Made by a program: the position numbers and the translations under genes. DNA of 64,000 bases from Malacoraja senta (Eukaryota): assembly GCA_038087875.1 (NCBI GenBank), contig CM075989.1:13580001-13644000 (forward strand), in the 5' to 3' direction. Below the pieces are notes generated by a model. The model saw only the letters and a program-made list of their open reading frames with translations. It was not told where the DNA came from and searched no databases. Every line of letters begins with the position of its first letter. Position 1 is the stretch's first letter. Positions 38,101 through 53,100 of the stretch are shown piece after piece.

Positions 38101-41100
38101 GAGGTGGAGTCAACATTTTATGTCAAAAACCCTTTGCCAGTTCTGATGAGAGGTCTTTAACTTGAAGTGTCAACTGTTTTTACTTGGAGTCTATAACCTT
38201 GGTGCATGTAGAGTTACCTGTGATGTTCTTTAGTTTATCAATTATTTTGTGGTTTCTTTTCTTCCAGGTGCAAGCAACACTCAGTTGCAAATTTCTACCT
38301 TGACCATTGGTACCCCTGCAACGATAAGTAAATTGCTGGAACATGAGGAGAATTGGGATTTTGATATATTTGAATTGGAGACTGTGACCCAAAAAAGGTA
38401 AAATTAAAACATTGAGAATGATAAGCAGATCATGAGGCAGTGAGGGAGTTTTGATGTCAAACATTCACATCAAAACAATCTAAGATCTACATCTGCTTGG
38501 CATAAGTTCTGAAATGAAACAGTTCAATGATTTGTACAAATATTTCGGAAAGGTGTTCCACTATGATTGGAAAATTGATACCATGTAGAAGGCCAATTGG
38601 GGCATGAAGATGTTTGTAGGAAAGGTAAAACTGTTGAAAACTGTGTTCAGCATTAGTCCTCCCCGAGTAAAACAAGCCTGTAGACAAAGTGCTTGCTCGT
38701 AGTTGAGAAAAATGGATCATTGCTTGACATACGTTTGTATTCTAACGACTTATATGTGATTGTCTTTTGTGGGGTTCCTGCTACATGCTTTTTACATATA
38801 GTGTGGGGGGTGGTTAGTGTGTGTGTGATGCTGCAGGCCCCACCACAACCGCGCGTTGAGGTGATGGGACAGGTCAGTAGTCATGTTTAGTATTTTGTTG
38901 CATATCCTTTGCATGCCATGACTGCTTGAAATCTGCGATTCATGGACATCACCAGTTGCTGGGTGTCATCTCTGGTAATGCTCTGCCAGGCCTGTATTGC
39001 AGCCATCTTTAGCTTATGCTTGTTTTTGGAGGCTAGTCCCCTTCAGTTTTCTCTTCAGCATATAAAAGGCATGCTCAATTGGGTTCAGATCAGGTGATTA
39101 ACTTGGCCACTCAAGAATTTACCATTTTTTAGCTTTGAAAAACTCCTTTGTTGCTTTAGCAGTATGTTTGGGATCATTGTCTTGCTGCAGAATGAACCGC
39201 CGGCCATTGAGTTTTGAGACATTTGTTTGAATTTGAGCAGATAGAATGTGTCTATACATTTCAGAATTCATTATGCTACTACCATCAGCAGTTGTATCAT
39301 CAATGAAGATAAGTGAGCCATTACCTTCAGCAGCCGTACATGCCCAGGCCATAACACCCACACCACCGTGTTTCACAGATGAGGTGGTATGCTTTGGATC
39401 TTGGGCAGTTCCTTCTCTCCTCCATACTTTGCTCTTGCCATCACTCTGATATAAGTTAATCTTCGTCTCATCTGTCTACAAGACCTTTTTTTCAGAACTG
39501 TGGTTGCTCTTTAAAGTACTTCTTAGCAAACTGTAACCTGGCCAACCTATTTTTGCGGCTAACCAGTGGTTTGCATCTTGCAGTGTAGCCTCTGTAGTTC
39601 TGTTCATGAAACCTTCTGCGGACAGTGGTCATTGTCAAATCCACAGCTGACTCCTGAAGAGTGTTTCTGATCTGTCGGACAGGTGTTTGGGGATTCTTCT
39701 TTGTTATAGAGAGAATTCTTCTGTCATCAGCTGTGGAGGTCATCCTGGCCTGCAAGTCCCTTTGCGATTAGTAAGCTCACCAGTGCTCTCTATCTTCTTA
39801 ATGATGTTCAAAACAGTTGATTTGGGTAAGCCTAAGGTTTGGCTGATGTCTCTAACAGTTTATTCTTGTTTCTCAGTCTCATAATGGCTTATTTGACTTT
39901 CATTTGGTCCTCATGTCGATAAACAGCAATAAAAGTTTCCAAAGGTTATGGAAAGACTGGAGGAAAGACTAGGTGCTGAGAGCTCTCTGCATTAAGGAGG
40001 CAATTAAACACACCTGAGCAATTACAAACAACCGTGTAGCCATGTGTCCCAAACATTATGGTGCCCTGAAAAAGGAGGACTATGTATAAACACTGCTGTA
40101 ATTTCTACATGGTGAAACCAAAATGTATAAAAATGGCCTTTATTTAAATCTTACAATGTGCACTTTAACCACATGTGATTTTTTTCTATTACAAATCTCA
40201 AATAGTGGAGTACAGAGGCAAATAAATAAATGATGGGTCTTTGTCCCAAACATTATGGAGGGCACTGTCGATGAGGTCTCAAATAAATGGCTATCATCTG
40301 TGTTCACCAAGGTGAAGGATATAGAATATAGATTTTGGGGAGATGTACATGGAAAATCTGGAGCAGGTTAGTATTTAAGGGGGAGGTATTAGATGTAATG
40401 GCATGCATAAATATTAATAAATCCCATGGGCATGATGGGAGGCAAATGAGATGATAGCGGGGTCCAGAGAGATTTTTGCATCTTCCTTGGCCACAGATGA
40501 GATGCCAGAAGGCTGAAGAATAAATAATGCTATTCCTGCATTGAAGAGGGCTGCTGGGCTAAATCAGAGAGTTTCAGACCTTGCATCAAATTATTGGAGA
40601 AAATCTTCAGTTCTGCAAGAGTTTTTCATTGGTTTAATTAGGATGGGGGCAGGAAAGGCAGAGACTGATCAGAGATGGTCAGCATGGAATTTTTGTAAAG
40701 GAATCCTGTATGACTAAGTTGATTTGAGTTTTTTGCCTAGGTAACTAAGAAGGTTGATGATGCCAGAATGATAGACATTGTCAAGATGGAATTTAAGACA
40801 TTTGATAAGATCCTGCATGGTAGGATAGTCCAGAAGATTAATATGTGCGAGCCAAGACAAGCTGGCTGACTGGATCCAAAATTGGTTTGACGATGGGAGG
40901 CAGAGGGTAGTGGAGAGGATGGTTTTCGATGGACATTTGTAACCATTGGATTACCCCCAGGGGGCTTGCCGGAACTCTTCTTTGTGATGTATTAATAACT
41001 TGCAATAAAAATGTAGGAGATGTGATTTGCAAGTTTACAGATGACACAAGAAATAGTGCTGTTGCGGATAGTGGGGAAGGTTATCCAAGACTACGGCACA

Positions 41101-44100
41101 ATATAGATTGGTTGGTAAATAGGATAGAGCATGGCAGTTGGAATTTAATCCTGACAAGTGCAATTTGATGAATTTTGGTTATCAAATAAGGATAAGATTA
41201 CAGTAAATGGCAGGTGTAGAATGGAGAGCACATAGTTTCCTAGAAGTGCTGACACAGGTAGAATGGCAGTGAAGAAGCAAATGGCACGTTTGACCTAATT
41301 GGACAGGGCACTAAGTACCTGACTTGGGATGTCATGTTACAGCTGTATGCAACATTGGTGGGATCGCACTGGAATATTGTGTGTAGTTCTGGTTGTCATA
41401 TTAGAGGTGTGATGCAATTATGTTGGAGAGAGTGCAGAGAAGATTCACAAAGATGTGACCAGGACTGGAGTGCTTGAGTTATAAATAGAAACTGGATAGG
41501 CGGTATAAAGAGGTGGGTGTGTGGGGGGGGGGGGGGGAGGGGGGTGGGAGGAGGAAGGAAGAGGAAGGAACTGGCAAGTGATAAGTGGATCCAAGTGAAG
41601 TGGAGAGTGGGGTTAATGGGCAGATGGAGCCAGATGGGGGAGAAGAGGGGTGGAGATAGCAGTGGTGGGAGCTGATAAGTGAAGGCAATAGAAGTCTGAA
41701 GGTTATTGAATCTGAGAAAAGAAGGTGGTGCGTGGAATCAGATAAGGTGGACTAAAGATAAATAGTGAGTAGATAGGCAGATAGAACCAGGTGGATGAAT
41801 GGAAAGAAACTAGGAAAACAGGGATGTGGAAGAGGACTGGGTGCATCAGGAGAAGAGAGAAAGGAATAAATGGGATGAATAAATACAGAGTGAATAAAAA
41901 GTGGATATATAGGAAATGTATAAAGACCCCCAGGGACTTTCATTCATTAACCTTTTCAATTTGCTCACTATTTAAGGAAAACTAATAATTTCTGGAATTT
42001 CTCTTATTTTTCCCGTTGTATATTCTATCTGACAATGTTGCCCACTTACCTAGCTTCTCTGTATCTCTTTGTGGTCCCTTTGAAACCTAATCACTATCTA
42101 TATTCACACTTAGTTTGTTTTAAGACATTAAACTTGAAAATGTTACACTTGATCCCCTGGATTAAATCATGTTAGGGTTTGTGAGCTGCTTGAGCCCATT
42201 ATCTAGCATCTGGGAAAACTGGTTTATTCCTAATATTTGTTTTCTCTCTCTTAACCCTGGGAGGACAAGGAGTGTGTCAGGGAACTTCATGGACAAATCC
42301 AAGGATCCCTGAATCTGGCAGCACAGATAAGGTGCTTGAGAAATCATGCAACTAACTTTATGACATTGAATGTGAGAGTTGGGAGGTTATGGTACAACTT
42401 CATAAAGCATTTGGTTAGACCACAGCTGAGTATTGTGTGTAGCTCTGGCCACCCTCCCAACCTATCCAAGTCCTTCTGCAGAGGCCCTGATTTCTCTACA
42501 CTACCTATCCCTCCACCTATTTTCGTATCATCCACAAACTTGGCCACAAAGCCTTCAATTACCTCATCCAAATCATTAATATACAACTTAATGGTTGTAT
42601 CCAGCGTCCTCCCACATTCGGCTTGACATGCGTACTCCGCCATTCAATCATGGCTGATCTATCTCTCTGCATTCCCCTGCCTTCTCCCCATAACCTCTGA
42701 CACCTGTTCATCTTTAAGATTTGCAGGTTCGTAGATTAATTGATAACATGTATTGCCCCTAGTGTGAGAATGCTGGCACCTGGAGGGATTTGATAGAAAA
42801 TATGGGTAGCACTAAAATAGGATTTGTTTACTTAATAAGCCAAAAGGCCTTTTCCATGTTGCACAACTCTGACTGTACTTATCTAATTCCTTATTTATAA
42901 CAATACCTCGTCTCCTTTAATTTTGTTTTCTATCTTTACTAAATGTTGAATGATAAAGTTCTGTGTTAAGTTGCCCCACAAATTGCTAACAAATCTTACC
43001 CCTGACCTTAAACCAATGCCTTCTCGTTCTTGATTCCTAAACCATGGGAAAAAGATTTGTATCATGATTATGTATGTTCACTCTCCTTTAAATTCTAGCA
43101 GATAAATCTAGCTTGCCCTATCTTTCATCATATGACAATCACCTGTACCATATATTGGTGTAATGCATGGAGGCACAAGAATACTGGGATCTGAAGCCAA
43201 AAAAAAACACTGCTGGAGAAATTCAATGGATCAGGCAATATCTGTGGAGAACTATTGACAGTTGGATCCACTAGGGGCACCGCATTGAAGGCAGCCTCTG
43301 CCTACAGTCTGTCCGTTTTTTTCTATCTTTTTTTAATTTTAGTTTGTCTTAAAAGTGTGTGTTGGAGTTTCTTTACTTTTTTAATGTGGGGGAGGGGGTA
43401 GGGTAAAGGGGAAATCGCTTCTCAGTCGCTTCCTGGCGAGGACGCGATTATTCTCCGAGTCGCGTCCTCGCCCCCCTCTTTGCCGCCTGCCAACTGGATC
43501 GGAGCGGCCTTTTCTGCCGGGGACCCGGACCAGAGCTTCAGCAGCGGAGTCGCAGCGCTGGATACACCACGGAGCGGTGCGATACCTACCTGGATCTCCG
43601 TTTCAAGCTCCGGAGTGCTGGGCTCGCTGTTCCAATATCGTGGAGCTGAGATTTGAAGAGCTCCCAACGCGGGCGGCGCTGACCTCAACATCGCGGAGTC
43701 GCTGGGACCCTTTGCCGTGGGCCGTCAGCTTGAATCTCCGCCCAGCGCGGCCTGTGGTCTCCGGGAGCCGCAGACTCTGGTAGGAGGCGGCCGATTCGGA
43801 GGTCCAAGCTGCGGAGGTTGTTCTCCCAGTCCGACGTTGGAGTTCCATCATCCCGGCGAGCGGGCCTGAATATCGGGCCACCCGTAGCGGCGACTGCGGA
43901 GGGCTTGGGAGGCCCCGACCACGGGTGAACATTAAGAACAACAGAGGAAGAGAACTGACTTTAGTGCCTTCCCTCACAGTGGGAAACTTTGACTCTGCTG
44001 TGTGGGGATGTTTTATGTTGGACTCTATCGTGTGTTGTGTACTTTATTTTAATTGTATGGCTGTATGGTGAACACACATTTCACTGTGCCAACTGGCACA

Positions 44101-47100
44101 TGTGACAAATACATGTATCTTGTATCTTGTAAATGTATCTTGTATCTTGATCAGGAGCAAATTGTTAGTGATAGTGTTAGCGATATTTATACGCAAGAAC
44201 TTGAAGCGCTCAACCATCTCTACTTCAGCAGCATTGATACAGATTGGGGCATGTATGCCACCCTTATTCCTGATAGAAACATAGAAAATAGGTGCAGGAG
44301 GAGGCCATTTGGCCCTTCGAGCCAGTACCGCCATTCATTGTGATCATGGCTGATCGTCCCCAATCAATAACCCGTGCCTGCCTTCTCCCCATATCCCTTG
44401 ATTCCACTAGCCCCTAGAGCTCTATCTAACTCTCTCTTAAATCCATCCAGTGATTTGGCCTCCACTGCACTCTGTGGCAGGGAATTCCACAAATTCACAA
44501 CTCTCTGGGTGAAAACGTTTTTTCTCACCTCAGTCTTAAATGGCCTCCCCTTTATTCTAAGACTATGGCCCCTGGTTCTGGACTCGCCCAACATTGGGAA
44601 CATTTTTCCTGCATCTAGCTTGTCCAGTCCTTTTATAATTTTATATGTTTCTATAAGATCCCCCTCATCCTTCTAAACTCCAGTGAATAAAAGCCTAGTC
44701 TTTTCAATCTTTCCTCATATGACAGTCCCGCCATACCAGGGATCAATCTTGTGAACCTACTCTGCACTGCCTCAATCACAAGGATGTCCTTCCTCAAATT
44801 AGGAGACCAAAACTGTATGCAATACTCCAGATGTGGTCTTACCAGAGCCCTATACAACTGCAGAAGAACCTCTCTGCTCCTATACTGAAATCCTCTTGTT
44901 ATGAAGGCCAACATTCCATTAGCTTTCTTCACTGCCTGCTGTACCTGCACGCCAACTTTCAGTGACCGGTGTACAAGGACACCCAGGTCTCGCTGTACCT
45001 CCCCCTTACCTAACCTAACCCCATTGAGATAATAATCTGCCCCCTTGTTTTTGCCACCAAAGTGGATAACCTCACATTTATCTATATTATACTGTATCTG
45101 CCACGCATCTGCCCACTCACTCAACCTGTCCAGGTCACCCTGCAACCTCCTAACATCCTCTTCACAGTTCACACTGCCACCCAGCTCTGTGTCATCCACA
45201 AACTTGCTAGTGTTGCTCCTAATTCCCTCTTCCAAATCATTAATATATATGGTAAACAGTTGCAGCCCCAACACCGAGCCTTGATGTCAATGAGCAGCTC
45301 CTTTGTTTTGCTGAGAGGTTTTTATCTTGACACCAAGGGCGGCACGGTGGCACAGCGGTAGAGTTGCTGCCTTACAGCGCTTGCCGTGCCCGAGACCCGG
45401 GTTCAATCCCGATTACGGGTGCTGTCTGTAAGGAGTTTGTACGTTCTCCACATGACCGCATGGGTTTTCTCTGAGAACTTCGGTTTCCTCCCACACTCCA
45501 AAGATGTCCAGGTACGTAGGTTAATTGGCTTGGTGTATGTAAAGTGTCCCTAATGTGTATAGGATAGTGTTAATGTGCGGGGATTGCTGGTCGGCGCGAA
45601 CCCGGTGGCCAAAGGGCCTGTTTCCGCGCTGTATCTCTAAACTAAACTAAACCAAGCTGCTCATCATTGTTTGAGATCTATGCCCACTATGGTTATGTCA
45701 TCTGCAAACTTCTAAATAGAGTGAGAGCAGAATTTGACCACGCAATTGTCAGTGTAAAAGGAGTATAGTAAGGAGCTGAGAATGCAGCTTTGCAAGGCAC
45801 CAGAATTATTGTGGAGAATTTTGTTGAGAATTATTGTTGAGATATTGTTGTTTATTATTGTGGAGGATATTGTTGAGAATTATTGTGGAGGATGTTTTGT
45901 CACCTGTCCTCCTTGATTTGCAGTCTCTGGGTCAAGAAGCCAAGAATCCAGTTGGACAATGGGTGCTGAGTCCTAGGTTCAACAGTCTGTAGATGAGGTT
46001 AGTTGCAATTATAGTGTTGAAGGCGGAGATTTGATCAATAAATAGGATTCTGATTTAGGTATCATAGTCAAGCAGCATGCAAACAAGCCCTTCTGCCCAA
46101 CTCATCCAGGGCAACTATGATGCTTATCTAACTCCGTTCCAATTGCATACATTTAACCCATATCCCTCTAAACCATTCCTATCCATGTTATATTACGTTT
46201 GCCGGTCTTAGCCCATTCACTTAACCAATCGCTGTCTTGTAACCTTTTGGGTTTCCTACCTTGTTGGACCACCTGCCTGTTCCTCCTGGTCAGTGTGATG
46301 GACACCCATTAGCACTCTGCACACTCTCAAGGTATGAACCCCCTTCACCTCCCACAAGTGTGCTATTCAAGAAGTCTTCTTCCTCAAATGCACCACAATG
46401 ACTTCAGGTGCCACTGCAGCTCAGAAACTCAGCATACCAGCTGCTGTCACTGGAGACCTCACTGCACACAGTGTGGTCACTGGAATTGACCCGGATTATC
46501 CAAGTGACATAGAATACACAGGGCGCGAAGTTCCTAACCAGCAACCAGAAACACAAAGAGCATGGAAGTCTTCAATGTTTGGACAAAGTTGTTCCAAATG
46601 TTCACTCTTTCTTGGCGCTGAATATTTTCCATAATAATTCAGGGTAATATGGCTTAAAAGTTGGAACCTGTGGCATGAGGTAGGTAGAATGGAAGGTATG
46701 AAATTATCTGGATGGATATTGGGGTACATTCTCCTCCCCCATGGGGTAAGTATGGTGTGAACCTCTGCTGCCTACTGTGGATATCAGGCACTCAGTTAAA
46801 TCATTGGTCAAATTAATGTTTAGTGGTATTCCTCTTTCTGAAGGGTATTTAAAAGATTATGGTCAAAGAGGCATTGGACATTCTGTCTAATTTTCTATCA
46901 TCTTTTGACCTAGGCCTCTCGTCTTTCTTGGGCTGAAAATATGCTCACGTTTTAGAGTCTGTGAATATTTGCACTGTTCTGACACGACTTTTCGCACTTG
47001 GATAAACCTTATTGAATCAAATTACATCTCGACAAATACGTATCACAACTCAACACATGCTGCAGATGTGTTGCATGCAACAGCTTATTTCCTTAGTAGG

Positions 47101-50100
47101 GAAAGAGTGAAGGTGAGTTAATGTGCTTCCTAAAACTGGCATTCCTTTTTCGTGAAAGGCCTTTCACCAGGAAACCAGCTCAGCCTATGGCCATGATAGT
47201 TATTTTTAACATTTATCTTTGTATTGTGGGTGTTGCTTGAAAGGCCAGCTTTTTCTCAATTCCTCTCGAACCTAGAACTGGGTGTCAACTGGGTGTCAAC
47301 CTCTCCCCAGCTGCTCCTTTACCTGGAGATGATCCTACAATGTTTTGGGGGAATCCACTTTAGAAACTGGCTACAGGCAACCCTTGTGTTACAGCCATTT
47401 GTGTAACAGAAATTTGTCCTTTTGGAATTGCCAAATCTTTACCCAAAAATTTGAGGAATAAAATTGATTCTTGTAGGGTTTATGTGAAGAAAAGTAGGAT
47501 AACACCAAATGTACTTTTTTCCAAGTTTGTTTTTGACACATGCACAGAGGACACGGCTTCATGTTACAGAAAATCGCCGTATAGGCAATTTTCTAAAAAT
47601 GTACCCCAATTTTCCCTTCTTCCCCCCCCCCCATAATGCAAAGGTTGTCTGTATAAAGAGATTCTGTATATATGAAGCATACACTAAAAAATATTCTATT
47701 TAAAGTATTGCCCATTCTCTGCCCATTAATTGCAGCTGAATTGCAGAATTACTGCTGCAAAGGTTGTTTATTAACTGCTTGCACTATTGTGTAGTGGATG
47801 TCTTCAGGTTTTTACTACTCTTTCTATCTATTGCTGTGCAGCAAAGATTGGACCATACTGCTGAAGTAGCAGCTATTATTGCTGCCATTGTCCATGATAT
47901 TGATCATCCTGGCCGGACAAATGCTTTCCTGTGCAATGCAGGCACTGATCTGGCTGTCCTTTACAATGACTTGGCTGTGCTGGAGAGTCACCATGCAGCA
48001 CTGACGTTCCAGCTGACAATTCGGAATGACAAATGTAATATCTTCAAGAACATGGAGAGGTGAGTGGATTGCACCCATGCAGGAAGGGGCTGGTTGCTTG
48101 CTACATCCAACGAATCGCTCTGCAGTTCTCTCAAAAAAAGGTGTAAGATGGAACCGTGTTGCTGCACCTGCACATGAGGACCGGGGAACTGGCAGTCAAT
48201 GGAAGTGTTTTGAGGGCAGTTAGTATTGCGGTCGAGAAGGTGCTGAAGTTTCTAATGCGTATGAAGGTAGACAATTCTCCCAGGCTTGATCAGATATATC
48301 CAATTACACCGTGGGAAGCTAGAAAAGAAATTGCAGATGCTCAGCTGAGATTTTAGTCCTCTTTAAATACAGTTGACGTGTCAGAAGACTGGAGGTTGAC
48401 AAATGTGCCTCCAAGGGTTGCAAGGAAAAGCCTGGGAACTGTGGGCCAGTGAAGCTGATATCTGTGGTGGGAAACTTACCATAGAGAGTATTCTGAGGGT
48501 AAGATATACATGCATTTAGATGGGCAAGGGCTGATTTGGAGAGTTTTGTATGTGGGAGACTGTGTCTCAAGAATCTGCGTTTTTTTGTAGATATATCCAA
48601 AAAGATTGAGGGAAGAGCTCTAGACGTGTATATGGATTTTAGCACGGCGTTTGACGGGGTTCTGCATGATAGGTTGCTCTGGAAGGTTAGATCGCTTGGG
48701 ATGCAAGGAGAACTAGCCGACTGGATAGAAAATTGGCTTCATAGAAGGAAGCAGAGGGTGATGGTGGAAGGTTGTTTTTCGGACTGGAGGCCAGTGACTA
48801 GTGGTGTACCTCAAGGTTCAGTGCTAGGACTAGTGTAGTATATCATCTATATCAATGATTTGGACAAAAACCTACAAGGCAAGATCAGTAAATTTGCAGA
48901 TGACACTAGATGGTGTTGTAGATAGCGTAGATGGTTGTCCAAAATTGCAGCAGGATCTTGATCGGTTGGGCAGGTGGACTGAGGAATGGTTGATGGAGTT
49001 TAATACAGATATGTGTGAGGTGTTACATTTTGGGAAGTCTAGCCAGGGCAGGACTTGCATAGTGAATGGCTGGGCTCTGGAGAGTGCTGTCGTGCAGAAG
49101 GACCTAGGAATGCGGGTACATAGTTTCTTGAAAGTGGCGTCACAGGGTGGTCAGGAAGGCATTCGGCACAGTGGCCTTCATCAGTTAGAGTACTGAGTAT
49201 AGAAGTTGGGAGGTAATGTTACAGTTGTACAGGACATTGATGAGGCCACATTTATGTTCAGTTTTGGTCATCCTTTTACAGGAAGGAAGTTGTTAAGCTG
49301 GAAACCATGTAGAGAAGATTTAAAAGGATATTGCAAGGACTCAACCCCTGAGTTATGGGGGGATGGTTGAGCAGGCTAGGACTCTGGAGCACAGGAGGAT
49401 GTGGAGCGTTCTTAGACGTGTATAAGATCATGAGAGGGTTAGATAAGGTAAATGCACAGTCTTTTACCCAGAGTAAGGGAATCAAGGACCAAAGGGCATA
49501 GGTTTAAGGTGAGGGGGAAATATTTAACAAGAACCGAGGGGCAATCTTTTACAGAGGGTGGTAGATATTTGGAACAAGCTGCCAGAGGAGGTAGTTGAAG
49601 CAGATACTATCACAATGTTTACAAAACATTTGCTCGTGTACATGGATAGGATAGATTTGTTGGTATATGGGCCAAACACAGGAAGGTGGGACTGGTGTTG
49701 ATGGGGCAAGTCGGTTGGTGCGGGTAAGTTGGGCCGAGGTTCCCTGTTTCCACGCTGAATGACTCTGACTCTATGAAATTTTCCCTCAACATTTACACTG
49801 CCGATTAAATAGAAGCTGAGGAAAGTAGTGTGGAGCCAGACCCCCCCTCCCATGAGAGAGAGAATAGAATGAAATGTGTGAGCTATCATTGTGTCTACTT
49901 GTATTGCAGACCTGAGCATGTGCCAAAAGCATTACAAATTATTTGCAAATTATCCTCCTTTAAATTATTTTGATATTATAAAAACTAATTTTTAAAGATA
50001 ATCAAAGAACAAACTAAATGGAGATGGGAGGTTTTGGATGAACAATATGTTATTGGGTAAGAGGGAAGGGTTACAGCCACAGAGCAGTGGCGGTGTAGGC

Positions 50101-53100
50101 AATAGGCACAGTGTAAGAAGAGTGTAATCTAACCGTAATAGTGACAAAATAGTGATAAGGCATTGTATTAAAATTCCAACAGCACAGATAATGGCATTGA
50201 ATGCGATTGTAAATGACAGGGTTAGTTAGTTTGTGGATGAACTAAAATTGATGACATAGTGGACTGGAGAAGAGGTCTAAGATTACAATGGGATCATAAT
50301 CAACTGCGCCAAGGAATGGCAGATGGAGTTTAATTCTGAGGATTGCAAGGTGTTGCATTTAGGTAAGAGAAGCAGGGCAGGAGTTGCACAGTAAAGTGTT
50401 GGGCTCTGAGGAGTGTTGTAGAATGGAAACCTAGGGGTACAGATGCATAGTTCTATGAAAGTAACAACACAGGTAAACAAAGTGGTGAAGAAGGCATTTG
50501 GATCACAAACATTTATCAATCAGTATATTGAGTACAAGGTTGGAGAGTGGTGTTGCTACTGTACAAGATTTTGGTAATGCCAAGTTTGGAATACTGTGTA
50601 CTATTCTGGTTGCCCTGCTATTGGAAGGGTGATCTTAAACTGGAAGGGTGCAAATAGACTTGCAAACACTTAAATATTACGGGCTTTGAAAGGTTTAAAT
50701 TATAAGAAGTTGGATAGGCTGGAGCGCAGGAGGCCAGTGCTCATCTTTAAGGACCTTTATAAAATATTGAAGGGCATGGATATGATGAATGGTCAGTCTT
50801 TTCCCTAAGGAAAACTAGTCTAAAACTAGATGATATTAGTTTAAGGTGAAAGAAGAAAGATTTAAAAGGTAGGCAGGGCAAAGTTTTCTCACAGAGGATA
50901 GTATGTATATGGAATGAGCTGCACAAGAAGTGATAGAGGCATGAATAATAACAGCACTTAGGATACGTGGACTGGTACTTGCTAGGAAAGGTTTGGAGGG
51001 ATCTGGACCAGGTGCTGGCAAGTAGAATTAACTCGTGCATCTTGGTTGACATGGAGGAGTTGGGCCGAAGGGCCAATTTCCATGTGTAGGAAGGAGCTGC
51101 AGGTGCCAGTTTATAACCGAAGATAGATACGAAATGCTGTAGTAAATCAGCGGGTCAGGCAGTATCTTCTGAGAAAAGGAATAGATTTTTGGTCGGAACC
51201 CTTCTTCAGAACCCTTCTTCAAATGAGTCTGAAGAAGGGTCTAACTTGAAGCATCATCTATTCCTTTTCTCCAGAGATGCTGCCCGACCCGCTGAGTTAC
51301 TCCAACATTTTTGGCCTATTCCCTGCTGTACAGCACTATGACTCTATGATAAATAGGTTTCACATTGTACATTATGGAGAAATGTTTGTTAGGTGATCAA
51401 AGTTGGGGGCCAAATATTCCAGAGTATTTAACATTTAAAAAACCCACAAAATGAAGTAATGAAGTGTAGTGGGATTGGTGGGAACCCTAATATCAGCATA
51501 GCGTGAGGAATGTTCTTGGAGCCATTGAGACATACAGGCCCTTTGGCCCAACTCGTCCAAGGTATGAAATTGGAAGAAAAAGGTTTCACTCGACCCCTCC
51601 CCCAATTAAAACAAACCGGAGAGCATTTACGCAAACTTTTAACACACACTAAAAATAAAAATAAAAAGATGCTGCTAATCGTGCGGCACCCCTGGTACAA
51701 TGATACAATGATACAATTTATTTGTTGTCATTTGAACCTAAGTTCAAACGAAAAATGCAGCAACACATCCTCTACCCGCAACGTCTTGCTTCCATTACTG
51801 GTGCACTTGTGGTAATGTTTTCTTTCCCCACCTGGAGATTTAGGATGGGCAATAAAAGCAGGGGCACCCTTTTCCTATAAACTCATAAAACGTAAAAGCC
51901 AATCTTCTTATCATGGGCATATTCTCTGTCGAGCTCTGTCTGCATCAGTGCTGAAAAGTTACCTGTTGTCACCTTTGGTATCAGTGTGTTTTTATTACAC
52001 GTCTGTGAGGCAACTTGGAATGTTGTGCCAAGCCCAGTTTATACTAAATTGGGAACAATGTTTTGGCAGGAACGACTACAGAGTCCTCCGAAAATGTATC
52101 ATTGACATGGTCCTTGCCACTGAGATGACCAAACACTTTGAACATGTCAACAAATTTATGAACTGCATCGTTAAGCCTTTGTCTGGATTTGATGAAAATG
52201 CCATTGGGGTAAGCATGGTGTGAACCTCCGCTGCCTGCTGTGGATATCGGGCACTCCGTTACATCATTGGTCAAATTAACGTTTAGCAGATGTATGGTGG
52301 TATTCCACTTTATAAAGGGTATTTAAATTATTAGAATCTAAAGAGTCACTGTAATATAATGGCAAAATAAAAGTTGAAAACTAAATGCATTATTGATTTC
52401 AGACAAATTTAGTGATGAATTCTGGATAAGTAATTTTTAATTTATTGCAGTGAATGCAAACATTAAAAAGACATTTGGACAGGTACATGGATAAGAAAGG
52501 TTTAGAGGGATATAGGTCATCGCCTTGACATTGACTTTCTCCTACTTGTTTTTATCAAAGCTAGATTTTGTCAGTTCCTCTTTCAGTGCAGACCTGTTGT
52601 TGCCATTGTTTCCTGGAGCTTTCTGAGATGCCTTTTCTGAAGTAGAGACTGGACTCGGTGTGCCCTTTGAGATAAATAATCGAGGTCAAACAGATATGAT
52701 CTCCTTTCTTGAGCAGTGTGATGAGCTGGATTCTGTGTGGCTAATCCTGTCAGTGGAGCAGGCTTATGTTATGGTTTTAAACAGCAGCCCTACAATTGGA
52801 TTCAAGGTCAGGCCAGTTTTGTTGAGAGCTAATGACAAATTGCCAGTGATTTGGCTGTAGATTTCTTAATTGTAAAATGCTTTTTGGTTTGAAGCTGTGA
52901 GATGGGGCGTCTGCAGTGGGGCTGGGGCCCGAGCATGAGCTGGAAGATCTGGATCTGGGAGTGCTTCCCAGACCCATGCAGATCCTAAAAGGAGCTTGCA
53001 ATTCCACTGTGTGGCATCTGCTGCTTGGAGACTATCTCCGTGATATTCAATATTTATGTAAGGGCTACATTTTTCAATATCTAAATGTTGTGATTGGCAT

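Larger units (their letters stand above)
44150..46070 (-). mobile_element. Degenerate Rex1/Babar-type RT fragment interrupted by a CR1 and a SINE
   Basis: [23 protein letters not shown] at 44150-44275; [10 protein letters not shown] continues at 45283 onward. Confidence 0.65.

Noticed and set aside
45338..45415. tRNA gene
   Set aside because: tRNA-like head of a SINE, continuing into the V-domain and tail.
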